This document shows, one piece after another, positions 35,315-49,155 of a stretch of 64,000 nucleotides of DNA; the stretch's first letter is position 1; every line of letters starts with the position of its first letter. Below the pieces are notes generated by a model, which was given only the letters and a program-made list of their open reading frames with translations, was not told the DNA's origin and did no database searches. The stretch spans positions 1,054,001-1,118,000 of the forward strand of contig OY986947.1 of NCBI GenBank assembly GCA_963920595.1, in the 5' to 3' direction. Source of the stretch: Eimeria praecox. Lineage: Eukaryota. The position numbers were made by a program, and so were the translations under genes.

Positions 35315-35765
35315 GCAGCAGATGGATCTCTCGCAAAGACGAAGAGTGAATTCTAGCCACCATATGACGCAGCAAATGCAGCTGAAGCAGCAGCAACAGC
35401 AGCAGCAGCTGCTGCAGCAGCAACTGCAGCAGGAACAACAGCAGCAGCAGCAGCAAATGCTGCAGCAACAGCAGCAGCAACAGCAGCAGCAGCAGCCAGA
35501 GTTGCTGCAAGGCTATGCTGTAGTTAGTAAGTCAGTCATTGCCCGTCCCCTCGATTATTTGCTGCTGCTATTGTTGTTGTCTCTTTCATTGCTGCAGCAG
35601 CAGTCTGCTGTCTCTGCTGCTGCTGCTGCTGCTGCTGCTCCTGCTCCTGCTGCTGCTGCAGCAGCACAACTTCCTGTATTTTGTCTGTTATCTGCTGCAG
35701 GTGAAGTGCAGCAGGGGCTGCCGTCAGCAGCAGCTAAGGGGGGCCCCCAGCAGCAGCAGCAACAA

Positions 35766-35800
<35 letters not shown>

Positions 35801-35971
35801 GCAACAGCAGGGGCACCAGTCAGGTGTATCTTCTTCTCCGTTGCTGCCTTCTGCTTTGCGGAGCTCTCGCAGCAGCAGCAGCAGCAGCAGCAGCAGCACA
35901 ACAGCCCGTGTCTCCTTCAGAAGCCCTCCCAGCAGCAGCCCCAGAGACACACACAGCCACCACAGAAGACA

Positions 35972-36005
<34 letters not shown>

Positions 36006-36358
36006 AGCGATAACAAACCTACAACTGCACACAGCAACGGAGACAGAGAAAGAGACAGAGACAGAGACAGAGACAGAGAAGAAGACAGAGAGAGAGACAG
36101 AGAGGGAGAGAGAGACAGAGAGAGAGACAGAGAGAGAGAGAGAGACAGAGAAGGAGACAGAGAGAGAGACAGAGAGAGAGAGAGAGACACGAAGAAGGTA
36201 GATAATTCGATCTTAGGTGAGTTTGTTAATTCATTCGCTGGGAGAACTCTCAAAGCAGCAGCAGCAGCAAAAGAAAGCAGCAGCTTCTTATCTTCTGAGG
36301 GCCCCCTTCGTTCCTTCTCTGTCTTGCTCAAATCTGCTGCTGCTGCTGCTGCTGCTGC

Positions 36359-36402
<44 letters not shown>

Positions 36403-36604
36403 GCAATACCCCACCACCCGCAGATATACACATGCTTCCTGCTGCCTACAACTGGCATTACGACCAACACCAGCTGCAGCAGCTGCAGCAGCTGCAGCAG
36501 CAGCAGCAACTGCAGCAGCAGCAGCAGCAGCAGAACACAGAGCACGTGGCTGCAGCAGCAGATCTGAAGGGCCCGTGGGGAGAAGGCAACACTGATGAAT
36601 CCTT

Positions 36605-36638
<34 letters not shown>

Positions 36639-36962
36639 TACAGCAGCAGCAGCAGCAGCAGCACCCGCACTGGCAGCAGCAGCGGAGCCCTCAGCGGAGA
36701 GCCCGCCCCTTATCTTCCTCACCCCACAGCAGCAGCAGCAGCAGCAGCAGCAGATAATTCACACCAAATCTTCTGGAGCAGCAGCAGCCACAACAGAGAC
36801 CTGAATATGGCAGCAGCTGCAGTAGCAGCAGCAGCAGCAGAAGCAACAGCAGCAGCAGCAGCAACAACCCCAGGAGCTATGCAGCAGCAGCAGCAGCAGC
36901 AGCAGGGGGAAGGGCTCAGAATAGGTAAAGACAGCAGCACTCTACCGACAGTAAGAGTATAA
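29545..36962 (+). CDS. Hypothetical protein: N-terminal coiled coil followed by a large low-complexity (Q/A/S, RD/RE) region
   Basis: Exons 29545-29677, 29936-30106, 30559-30809, 31095-31304, 31553-31651, 32209-32298, 32715-32801, 33594-33677, 34022-34051 and 34524-36962 are phase-consistent. There is a probable in-frame 174-nt intron at 35527-35700 (GTAAGT...TGCAG). Heptad-like L/I/E/K/Q sequence runs through exons 1-9. Confidence 0.75.
32305..32505 (+). repeat. 31-bp minisatellite TTGCATGCATCTCAGGTGTATAGGCACCTCC, five copies plus one degenerate
   Basis: Direct tandem copies without spacers, starting 6 nt after the exon 6 donor of the coiled-coil gene. Confidence 0.9.
33043..33455. repeat. 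Perfect (TATATT)n hexanucleotide array, about 410 bp
   Basis: Uninterrupted intronic array. Confidence 0.95.
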
Positions 36963-37280
36963 CTGCTTCAGCCTCTGAGGTGTCTATACACCTCATTGTT
37001 GTTTTTATTTATTTGCTGCTGCTGTTTTTATTTATTTGCTGCTGCTGTCTATACAGCTCTCTTCATGTATTAAGAGACAGGTTATAGACAAAAGGAGACA
37101 GAAGCAGAAGCGTTTTCGGCCTAGCACAGCCGTTATAATTGGGGTTTAGGGTTTAGAGTAAACCCTAAACCCTAAACCCTAAACCCTAAACCCTAAACCC
37201 TAATTCAATTCCCATGCTTTGAGGGTTTATACAACTTTCCCTAACGATTTGAGAAGGGCGGATTTGAAGAAATACTTATC

Positions 37281-37317
<37 letters not shown>

Positions 37318-37594
37318 TAATAATAATAATAATTAATAATAATAATAATAACAATAATTAATGATAATAATAATAATAATAATAATTAATGATAATAATA
37401 CTAATACTAATACTAATAATAATAGCGATAATAATAAATAATAATTATTATTATTAATAGTAGCAATAATTATAATAATAATAGTAGTAATAGTAATAAC
37501 AAATATATTATTAGTAGTAATAACAATAATAATGACAAGTATACTATTATTATTATTATTATTATTAATAAAAATAATATAGGTTGCTAGTATA

Positions 37595-37646
<52 letters not shown>

Positions 37647-37915
37647 TACAAATGTGTTTCTATACGGTGTATATACACCTCAAGATAGACACATTCGCTC
37701 TTTCTTAGTTTCTTTCTGATGGCTTCTCTTTCTTTGGTTTCCATATTTTATTTTTTAATATTTTTGTTTATTTAAATAAAATTATTTCTTTGTTTTTTTA
37801 ATTTATTTTTTACTTCACTCTTTGTATTATTTTTTGATCTGTTGTTGACACCTTGAACATGAATATAAATATAAATATTTATATATTTATAAATTTAATA
37901 TATATATATATATAT

Positions 37916-37964
<49 letters not shown>

Positions 37965-38730
37965 ATAGTTGTTTATATCATCGTATCGTCTTCCTACCTG
38001 TGTTTTATGTTGCTGTTCTCGCATTTTTAAGTACTCTTTAGATATGTAAGAAGCATTTTATGTTTTATTACAAATAATAAATATAAACATATTTCAAAAA
38101 AAGAAGAAAAAAGAAGAAAAATAAAGAATTACAGCATGCAGCAACTTCAGGTTTAATGTTAACCCTACCCCGAGTGTATGCTCACGATATGAATATATAA
38201 TATATATATGTATATATAAATGTATATATATACATATATATATATATATAAACACCAAAAATACAGGTTTTTCATGTTAATTATTTATTTATATTTATAT
38301 TTTGTTTTATTTTTCTCTTTTTTTTAATAAAACGCCGAGGTGTACATACACTCCGAGCGCCGCCGACTCGGATATAATGTGTTCATGTAGGGGCTGAGAT
38401 CTTCGGGTGTATCTTCAGCTTATGAATATTTATTAATTTTATTTTTTATATATTTAAATTATTTAAATTGTTTTAATTGTATTATTTGACGCTTTTGTTG
38501 GAGCTTCAGGGATTGACTACCACCAATACCATCAGCTTCCTGTGTTCGAGTTTTTCTTTCTATGCATTCAACACAAGTCAAACGAAGAAATAAATATATT
38601 TTATGTTTTATTTTATTATTTTTTTATAAAATTAATTAATATTTCTTCCTTTATTCTTCTTTTTCCGCTTTTTTCGCTCTATTAGGCCCTAGGACTGCCT
38701 CTTCCCTCCTTACAGTTTGATCTTATAAAC

Positions 38731-38814
38731 ATGGATGCAGGGATTGTGAAGCAACAGCAGCAGCAGCAACAGCAGCAGCAACAGCAGCAGCAGCAACAGC
38801 AGCAGCAACAGCAG

Positions 38815-38846
<32 letters not shown>

Positions 38847-38931
38847 CCAACAGCAAGATCAGCATCAACAACAGCAGCTTCAAGATCAGCAACAGCAAGA
38901 ACTGCCACAGCAGCAACAGCACCAGCAGCAA

Positions 38932-38990
<59 letters not shown>

Positions 38991-39239
38991 ACAGCAGCAC
39001 CAGCAACAGCAGCAGCAGCAGCAGCAGCAGCAACAGCAGGAGGAGTTGGATCCCTGCGGTTCTTTGGTGTTTGTTGCAGAGGCAGAGCCTGTATCTCATC
39101 ATGGCTTGAGTTGTTTGTCTTTGACTGTTTTCTCTCCTCTTTCAAATATTAATACAAAGGAGGAGGATAAACAACACAACAGATTTCTTACACTCACAAA
39201 CAGCAGCAGCAACAGCAGCAACAGCAACAACAGCAGCAA

Positions 39240-39271
<32 letters not shown>

Positions 39272-39363
39272 GCAGCAGATTTGATGGTGTTGTCTCTGTA
39301 AGCTCCTTTGACGACACAATCGTTATAGCAAAGAAAAACTCCATCCACGTTTTGCTTCGACAG

Positions 39364-39419
<56 letters not shown>

Positions 39420-39750
39420 ACAGCAGCAGCAGACTGATGATGAAGAAGATGAATGTGATAACTTACCTCCTCGTGTTGAATTTGTATTTTCTCTTGAGGT
39501 GTCTGTACACTCCGTTGCTTGCGGCTACGAACATATTTTAGTTTTAACTTCTTCTGGTTTTGTTTTATCTGCGGGGATAAACAAATACGGGCAATTAGGG
39601 GAAGGAACGTTTATTGATAGAACAACACTTACTCCTGTTTTATTAGATATTAAATCTTTTAAGATCCTATCTATTCAAGCAGGGAGATACTTCTCTCTTG
39701 CTATATGTAAGACAATATCTACAAACACAAGCAACAGCAACAGCAGCAGC

Positions 39751-39784
<34 letters not shown>

Positions 39785-39938
39785 GCAGCGGGGGGAGGAG
39801 AAGTTTGAGTGGAAGTGGTGATAGTTCAGGTGTATATGCAGCTAAAGAAGAAATAGAGCAAGACAGAGTTAAACGAAGAAAGACAGACGAAGCGATATCA
39901 AACAGCAACAGCAGCAACAGCAGCAGCAACAGCAGCAA

Positions 39939-39969
<31 letters not shown>

Positions 39970-41589
39970 AATAGCATGAACGAAGAAGAAGAATATAGAA
40001 CGCATACATCATTTAAATATCTAATAAAGCAACAAGAAGAAGAGAAAGAAGAAGAAGAAAAAGAAGAAGAAGTTGTATTTACCTGGGGCTCAAATATATA
40101 TGGAGAATTGGGATTAGGGGATTTAGGAGTTGAGGTGTCTAGACAGTGTATTCCTCGAAAAGTTAATTTATCTAAAGATTGGGGTGTATATACAGGTGCT
40201 ATCTGTGGTGCTAGTTATACAATATTAAAGACTGCGTCTTCAGATTTAATATTATTTGGGGTTAATAGCAAGAAACAATTAGGGTTAGGATATATAAGTG
40301 CTAGAGAAGATAAACCTATTTATATAAATAATAATAATAATAATATACAACATATATGCTGTACAGACAACTACGTTCTATCTTCTAGTAATACAGACTC
40401 CTCTATCTTTTTATGGGGAATTAAACAATCTTATAAACCCCCACAATCTATTCCCTTATCTAAACCATGGAGACAGGTAGATAATTATTATAATATAAAC
40501 TATGAAGAAGAAAAATATAATAAATATATTAATAGAAAAGAAGAAAAAGAAAGAAAAGATAAAATAAATAAAAAACAAGAAACAAAAATGAAAACAAATA
40601 AAAAAAACAAAGAAGAAACAGAGAAAGAAACAGAAATAAAGGAAAGAGAAATAGAAAAAGAAGAAACAGAAGAAGAAGAAGAAACAGAAGAAGAAGAAAC
40701 AGAAGAAGAAACAGAAGAAGAAGAAGAAACAGAAGAAGAAGAAATAGAAGAAGAAGAAGAAACAGAAGAAGAAGAAATAGAAGAAGAAATAGAAGAAGAA
40801 GAAGAAATAGAAGAAGAAGAAATAGAAAAAGAAATAGAAGAGGAAGAAGAGGAAGAAGAAGAAGAAATCTCGGTGATTCCTGTAGATGGCATTGAAGATA
40901 TTCAAAGAATAACATCAAGGCGGGGGGCCCCTAGGGGGGCCCCTAGGAGGGGCCCACCCCCTAGGGGGGCCCCTAGAGGGGGGGCCCCTAAGGGGGGGGC
41001 CCCTAGGGGGGCCCCCAACAAGAAGAGGGGGGCCCCCTTTGTTTCTCTTGGTGTAACAACTAACGGCCTTATCTCCGCTATCTCAGAAAAACAAAACAAT
41101 AAACATTATCATTTCCTTCATATTTCTCATCAACTCCAAGGGGCCCCCAAGAGGGGGGCCCCTCGAAGGGCCCCCCACAAAAAGAGGGGGGCCCCTAAAG
41201 AGGGGCCCCCACAAGAAGAGGGGGGCCCCCAGGGGGCCCCTAAGGAGGGGGCCCCTAAGGAGGGGGCCCCTAAGGAGGGGGCCCCTAAGGAGGGGTTCCC
41301 TATGGAAGGGGCCCCCAAGGGGGCCCCTAAGGAAGGAGCCCTTAAGGAGGGGGGCCCCCAGGGGGCCCTTAAAGAGGGGGCCCCCTTAGGGGCCCCCTTA
41401 GGGGCCCCTAAGGGGGCCCCTAAGAATAGGAGGAGTGTTTGTTATCCTCTGAAATTGCGAGGATGTGTTGATGATTGTTTGTTGGGGAATACGAAAGAAA
41501 AGAAAATAGTTTGGGGCGTTCGAGGTCTGCATACATCTATTTTATTATTTGCTCGAATATTAGAAACAAATAAAGAAGAAGTAGAATAG
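38731..41589 (+). CDS. RCC1-repeat (beta-propeller) protein, single ORF of 952 aa
   Basis: RCC1 repeat motifs VACGYEHILVLTSSGFVLSAGINKYGQLGEG, IQAGRYFSLA, VFTWGSNIYGELGLG and ICGASYT...LFGVNSKKQLGLG. Also a basic RVKRRK patch, an acidic tract and GAP repeats. Confidence 0.85.
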
Positions 41590-41662
41590 AATAAGTAATT
41601 AGAGAAGAATTTAAAAATATTTATTTTAGTATAATATGTGGTAGGGGAGAGGGATTGATAAG

Positions 41663-41736
<74 letters not shown>

Positions 41737-42121
41737 GCCTGAGTGAAGTTAACTGTTTTTTTTTTGTTTTGTCTGAGTTATAAAAATAAATTGTTGGGGG
41801 AATAAACAAAGAAAAATAAAAAAAAAAGGAAAGGAGAGGAAGTAGAGGTCTGTTTGTGGTTATTAACGAGGAGACATCTTATCCTTCTTATTTATATTTG
41901 TATATTATGTATGCAGGTGTTGATATTATATAGATAGGTAGAGAGATAGAGATATAGATATAGAGAGATATAGATATAGATATAGATAGATATAGACATA
42001 GATGTATATAGATAGAGAGATATAGAGATATATGGAGAGAGAGATAGAGACCTGGACATAGAGACAAATATCTATAGATACGCATATATAAACGTGTATA
42101 TATATATATATATATAGATAT

Positions 42122-42241
<120 letters not shown>

Positions 42242-42766
42242 GTAGATACATAGATAGATACACCTATTTATACAGAGATGCATAGATACATAGATATACA
42301 GATATATTAGATATAATGTATAAGTAAGGGTAGGCAGCAACGAAAATAAACAAAAATAAAATTTAGATTTAATTTGTATATTTTAATTGAGGTGTACATA
42401 CACCTGAAAATGAAGCTCTCTATGTATCTCTGCACTGTACGTACAACTTTCGAAGGAGAGGAGAAGTATATACACTCTAATAACTCTATATAAATTCTAT
42501 TTGCTGTTGTGTATGTATAGAGAGGATAAGTAGTAAATTGTATTTGTTGTTATTGGTATTGTTGTTGCTGTGTGTTTATATAGAAAGTAATTAAATTGTA
42601 TTTCTTGTTGTGTATGTACACCGTATATTGTAAGCAAAATTTATAGTTTATTTTCTGAGTGTAGCCGCAGTGTATGTACAGAGGATGTAACCCCTCTCTC
42701 TCTCTCTGTCTCTCTCTCTCTCCCTCTCTCTCTCTCTCTGTCTCTCTCTCTCTCCCTCTCTCTCTC

Positions 42767-42824
<58 letters not shown>

Positions 42825-43617
42825 GTGTACATACACTGTATCTAGAGTGTATGCACAGTGTATTTCCTTAAGATGTCTGTATCTTCGAGTATAGGACAAT
42901 CATTTTATCAAAACGAGTTATTTACAACTTATTATTTCTTTTTTAATTTTATTATTTTAATTCGTATTTAATATTTTTATTATTTTTATTATTATTAACA
43001 CATCAACAAAATCAAAAACCTTAGACGAATAACAACACCTAAACAACCAAATCCCAACAGCAATTGCCTACAACCCCACCACAAAAAACACTCCTACACT
43101 CAAAATATTCCTGTGCAGACGTTGGCTGCCGCAGGGTCTCAAGCAAAGGCCCTTGAGGGCCCCCTAGGGCCCCTTGGGGGCCCCTTAGGGGCCCCTTAGG
43201 GGCCCCTAAGGGGCCCCTAAGGGGCTTTATAATAAACCCTTTAGGGGCCCCCTACGAGGCCTTCTAATGGGCCCCCAGGACGATCCACGAGGGGCCCCCT
43301 AAGGGGCCTCCTAAAGGGCCCCCAAGAAACCCTAAAAAGTTTTCTAAGGGGCCCCTCAGAAGTTTATAGGGGCCCCCTAAAAGGTTTTCTAGGCCCCTTC
43401 CCCCCCCCACCCCCCCCAACCGGAGGCCCCTCTGAAGGGCCCCGCTAGCGGCCCCTAAGAGGCCCCCCTAAGGGGCCTCTTAGGAGAGGCCTCATGAAGG
43501 CTTGAAGAAGACCCACAAAAATGGCTTAGAGGGGGCCCCCGAGGGGCCCCCTATGGGTGGGCTTTGCGTAGTTTGTTGGGCTGAATGCTGCTGTTGCTGT
43601 TGCTGTTGCTGCTGCTG

Positions 43618-43652
<35 letters not shown>

Positions 43653-43869
43653 CAATTTGCTCTTATACCTTTTCGTGTTTCTGTAGCCGTTCGATATCTC
43701 CTCCTCTGCTGCAGCAGCTGCTGCAGCAGCAGACAGAGGATGTGTTGCTGCTGAAGCAGCGTTTGCTGCTGAGAGTAATAAAAAGAGAAACTTAAGAAAA
43801 AGAAGAAGAAAAAGACATAAGAGGATAAGAACAGCAGCAACAAAAACAACAAGAACAGCAGCAAGCATC

Positions 43870-44160
43870 AGAAGAAGAAGAAGAATAGCAAGAAGAAGAC
43901 GAAGAAGAAGAATAGCAAGAAGAAGACGAAGAAGAAGAAGAAGAAGAAGAAGAAGAAGAAGAAGAAGAAGAAGAAGAAGAAGAAGAAGAAGAAGAAGAAG
44001 AAGAAGAAGAAGAAGAAGAAGAAGAAGAAGAAGAAGAAGAAGAAGAAGAAGAAGAAGAAGAAGAAGAAGAAGAAGAAGAAGAATAGCAAGAAGAAGACGA
44101 AGAAGAAGAAGAAGAGCAAGAAGAAGACGAAGAAGAAGAAGAATAGCAAGAATAAGACGA
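43870..44160. repeat. (GAA)n microsatellite directly 3' of the Rab5 stop codon
   Basis: About 290 bp of GAA with occasional GAC/TAG/CAA units. Confidence 0.95.
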
Positions 44161-44174
44161 AGATGGTATGTTGG

Positions 44175-45026
44175 TTAAGAAGACCCACAACACCCAACCC
44201 GAGAAGATAAAGAAGAAGTTAGAGGACCTGTAGAAGGTTCATCAGCAGTAAGTTTAACTGTCTGTACACCTGAAAGTATATTTTTATTGGGTTTAATTTG
44301 TTGAAGACGTCTCGCAATCATTTGAAACAATTGCTGAACGTTAAGACCCGTCATAGCGGATGTCTCCAAGAACAGAAGTTGATTCTCCTCTGCATATAAT
44401 CTCGCTTTCTGTATATCTACTTGTTTATTATGAATATCAGCTTTGTTAGCTGCTAGAGCAATAACAATATCGGGGTTTCCACTTAGCTGCAATTGTTGTA
44501 CCCACATTTGAGCCCTCTCAAACGATGGACCATTGGTCTGGTCATATACAACAACAGCAGCAGCAGCCCCTCTATAATACATAGGAGCTAAAGAAGAAAA
44601 TCGTTCTTGTCCTGCTGTATCCCACACTTCAAATTTAACAAACTCACCATCAACTTCGATCGTCTTCGCGAAAAACGCTGCTCCTATTGTCGTCTCCATC
44701 GCACTTGAGAATGTGTTTTTAACGAAACGAACAACTAAGCTTGATTTACCTACAGAAGCATCTCCTAATAAAACTGTTTTATAGCTAGGTGTCTTGACTC
44801 CTGGGATTATAGACCCTCCTCCTACTCCTGGTCCTACAGAAGCAGATAAGTTGCTGCTGCTGCTGCTGCTGCTGTTGATGATGTTGCTGCTGCTGCTGCT
44901 GCTCAGGTTCCCTACTCCCCCTCCTCCTGCTGATGGACGCTGCTGTAAAACTGATGATTGGTGAGACAGCGAATATTTACTAGAGGTGTTCGTCTGAGGC
45001 CAACCGGCACCAAACCCTGGCGTCAT
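44175..45026 (-). CDS. RAB5A: Rab5-family small GTPase (Rab5A type), intronless, with an S/G-rich N-terminal extension
   Basis: G1 GDASVGKS, Rab5 effector motif TTIGAAF, WDTAGQERF, LAPMYYRGA, NKAD, ETSA and a C-terminal CCGSS prenylation motif. First in-frame ATG is at 45026. SYKTVLLG resembles apicomplexan Rab5a (from memory). Confidence 0.9.
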   Translation of the reverse strand: MTPGFGAGWPQTNTSSKYSLSHQSSVLQQRPSAGGGGVGNLSSSSSSNIINSSSSSSSNLSASVGPGVGGGSIIPGVKTPSYKTVLLGDASVGKSSLVVRFVKNTFSSAMETTIGAAFFAKTIEVDGEFVKFEVWDTAGQERFSSLAPMYYRGAAAAVVVYDQTNGPSFERAQMWVQQLQLSGNPDIVIALAANKADIHNKQVDIQKARLYAEENQLLFLETSAMTGLNVQQLFQMIARRLQQIKPNKNILSGVQTVKLTADEPSTGPLTSSLSSRVGCCGSS

Positions 45027-46626
45027 CGTCCCCACCGATAAGCGCCCACCAACCCTAAACCCTAAACCCTAAACCCTAAACCCTAAACCCTAATGTTGGA
45101 TCCTCCGACGATCGAATGCTTCGCTCGAAGGCCGCAGCCAACAGACAACAACAGTTATGTCTGTCTGCTGCTGCAGCAACAACTGCTGCAACGAAATGCC
45201 ACGTAGCGGTGGGGTGGATGGGGCGAGTGGAAGAGAAGAAGAAGTGCTAAAGAGAAAAAGGAGAAGCCTATAGAGCTGGTTTGTTGCTGATTGAGAGACT
45301 GAGAAGGGATAGTCTATATTAAATGGGGGTTTGAAGAGAGATATAAACGCTGCTGATCTTCCTGCTGAGGTGTACAGACAGGGGAGTTTAACCCGAAGAA
45401 AGAAAGCTGAATGTGCTGCCGATTAGTTGGAGGGGATGAAAACAGAAAAGATATTTAAAATGAGACGGAGAGAAAAAGAAAAGAAAGACATTAACCGCCT
45501 CGCTGCCGCCGCTGGCCCCCCGACCTCTCAACTCAAGGATGTGCGGACTCACGAGAAATAACATAAATGCCAATCGCTGTCATAAAAAACATGAAATCCT
45601 TTACTTCCCGCTGCTGAGGTGTATGCACACACCCTGAGGAAGAACAGACTGGCAAGCAACTCCTCTGAAATGTCTGTCTGCCGCTTGTCACGTTCGTCTA
45701 CGGTTTTCTGCTCACGTTTAAGCTTTATTTGAACAAATATCCATGGATTGAAGAAATAAATGCAGCAGTCTTACACTAAGCACAGACGAGTTCCCTCCGG
45801 AAGCCACACTTGTCATAGGAGCTCGTTCATACGTTCATGTTCAAGTTTTTACTGAGGCGCCAGGTACAGTGTTGTAGGCGGACCGAGCATCGGTTCTGAG
45901 GGAAACCTGCCCTTAAATCTCTATTCCAGGCACGTTTTCAGTATATTTATGTTGATTTCCAACCATTGTAGGTGAAATTCCGTGAAAATAAACATAAATT
46001 CATGGAGGATCGCCGTCCAGCCCCCATTGCTTGAGGTGGCAATACACCGCGAAGCGCACAGTGCCCGTGCGCTGATATCAACGATGGTTGGTGTTGCAGA
46101 TATGTTATAAATGCATATCCTATTAATGTTTTTCGTAAAGATATTCTATGGTCCTGTCAAAAGGGAGACCAATAAACTATTAAGTTTCTTCTTCCTCTCA
46201 ATCCGAAGGCGCCTACTCGTCACCCCCCCCTGTTCAACCGCAAGGGGGCGGCTGGCGTTTTCGGTTAAGCGGTGAAGCAAAAATGTTTCTTTTCCTTTTT
46301 ATTATTGACTTACTGTGAAATGTTATTTAATTTGTTCCTTTTCAAGGGTCTGCCGCCTAATGATTTCAGAAGCGGCTGTCCGATCTGCTCTCTTCTTCTT
46401 GCATACGAATCTCGCATGGAGAACGCTTTCTTTGTTTTTGCAGATTTATTAAAACTTTATTTCCTATCATTTTGATATTTCTTTACTTGTATGAACACTC
46501 CGAAATCATCAAGAAGGTTTTCTTTTGACATCTCCGATCTCTTTTATTTCTAGAGGCGAATCTTCTCTGTTTTTGATTGCATAGCGGCGAATTACTTACT
46601 ATTCTTATTCTTTTGCTTTCAAGGGA

Positions 46627-47231
46627 ATGATTCTCCTCTTTCAATTATTTTTCTCTTGTTTCCTCTTCCGCTCCGCTGTGGCTGCTACCTTAGCCTCTCC
46701 GGATGGTTCTGGGGGCCCCCCCTTATCTGTTTTATCTGCTTCTTCCCCATCAGACCTAAATACAGAGAGCGCATGCATTTCTCTCTGCCGCAAACTGTAC
46801 AACGGAGGGGGGGGCCCTTCTCTTGCTGTTAATTGTTTCTTGTCTTATTCTCAACAGAGACAGAACAACTCAGCTTCAGTTTCTTCTTCAGTTGAACAAG
46901 CAACACAACAAGTCCTACCAGGGGGATGTTGTAACTGCAAGGAAGTTCTAGGAGAGGCGACAACACTGGCATTTCTACAGAAGCGTCAGAGTCCTTTTCT
47001 TGCTGCACGCAGCAACAGCAGCAGCAGCAGTAACAGCAACAGCAGCAGCGGCAGCAGCAGCAGCAGGCTGAACACCATAGATCGTTCTCTTTCTGCTGCT
47101 CGACCTTCTGCTGCTTGCTTTCGTCTCTCCTTCGTCTCTCATCTCCTTCTTGTGTGTAGATTGAGGGCGCTTGCTGCTGCTGCTTTGCCTTCTTACCTCT
47201 CCAGCAGCAGCAACAAGAGCAGCAGCAGCAA

Positions 47232-47266
<35 letters not shown>

Positions 47267-47706
47267 AGAGAACCATCATTCCTAGACAGTGTAAGTTTGT
47301 GGGGTGTGGAGATGCAAGTGAGTTGCCTGTCTTAACAAGCGCTGCAGCAGTAGATGATTGGATAGATACATTATTAAAGAAACATAAAATAATCGTATTT
47401 GCAAAAGAAGATTGTCCTTACTGTTCTGTTGCTATTGAAGCATTAGAATCAGCTCTTCCCTCATCTTCAGGTGTATGTACAGTCTACATAGACCATAGCC
47501 CGTATGTTGAAGATATACAAAAGACTCTACGTAAGAAAACGGGGGCCCGCACTGTCCCTCGAGTATTTGTTAATGAAAAATGTATAGGAGGATGTGATGA
47601 TACACTCCAGCTGTTAGAGGAAAATAAGCTGCAGCAGTTGCTGCTTCAGGTGTACAGACAGCCTACACACACACAAACAGATAAAACACAGAATGATGAT
47701 GTTTGA
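46627..47706 (+). CDS. Dithiol glutaredoxin with an N-terminal signal peptide and long extension
   Basis: C-terminal Grx domain with CPYC active site, TGARTVPRVF and IGGCDD. Hydrophobic N-terminus MILLFQLFFSCFLFRSAVAA. A hidden in-frame intron in the extension cannot be excluded. Confidence 0.85.
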
Positions 47707-47834
47707 GGATAAGGAGAAATTGATGAGGGGAATGCATGCGCCTTCGGGTGTATCAACAACAAAAAAAATAAAAAATAAAAAATAAAAAAAACATAGAAAC
47801 ATAGAAACACACGACAGGGAGTCCTTGTCGTTTA

Positions 47835-47907
<73 letters not shown>

Positions 47908-48033
47908 AAGAGCTATGTATGTATTCTAGTTAATGTAAGTGTGTGCTCTCCGTATTTTTATATTATATTAGAAATATATAAATCCGTCTTGTATATCATC
48001 TGTGCGTATCTATCAGTGGCGAGATATCCTATA

Positions 48034-48127
<94 letters not shown>

Positions 48128-48327
48128 ATATTATCTATTGTATATATGCCGTTATAAATTATGTAGTCTCTAATTTATATTTATATTTTCTAATTTATGT
48201 TTAAATTTTGTTTGAAGCAGACAATCGAAGTACGAGAGAACACAAGAGAAGAGTTTTCTCTTGTTTATTTGACGAACTCATCAACCCCCCCCCCTTAGGC
48301 TTTTCTGTAGTTGCATTTGCTGCAGCA

Positions 48328-48358
<31 letters not shown>

Positions 48359-48380
48359 TACTTGCTGCTGCAGCAAGTAG

Positions 48381-48412
<32 letters not shown>

Positions 48413-48789
48413 GTTCGACTGTATTCGCATGTTTTTTTTTTATCTGCAGACGAGCAGCAAATACACCGAATTATCTTTTAATTTTTATTTATTTGTTTGT
48501 ACGTTTGCTGTAGATACACCTCAAACAAAAAGCTAATAAATTATTTCGGGATAGAACGCAGCTTACACAGAAATCCTGCTGCGGTTGTTGAGCTGCTGCT
48601 GCTGCTGTTGCTATTGCTGCTGCTGTTGTTATTGCTGCTGCTGTTGCTATTGCTGCTGCTGCTGCTATTGCTGCTGCTGCTGCTATTGCTGCTGCTGCTG
48701 CAGCAAATTCGCTTGTAAGAATTCTGCTGCTGCTGCTGTTTGTGCTGTATTTATACGGCTACCGTTTCTCCTGCTGCTGCTAGCTACCT

Positions 48790-48820
<31 letters not shown>

Positions 48821-49155
48821 ATGCGGCTTTGCAGCAGCAGAAGGGCTCTCTCTCCCTCTCTTTTTCTGTTTTTTGTTTTTCTTCTTCTCTAAATGATATC
48901 TGTAATGCTAGAGATAACATCAAACAACGAAGTGTCTGTGCATACACCTCACTCTTCCCCTGTATCTACCTACATACAAAACAACCAACGTCGTATCACC
49001 AGCCAAAGCTCCAATCATTTCTTCTCAAATTTTTCAGACTGCTGCTGCATACACAAACTACCCGCCGCGTCAAACAACCGCATGCAGGCTTGCATGCATG
49101 CAGCAGCAGCTGCTGCTGCTGCAGCGCATGCAGCAGCTGCTGCTGCTGCAGCGCA

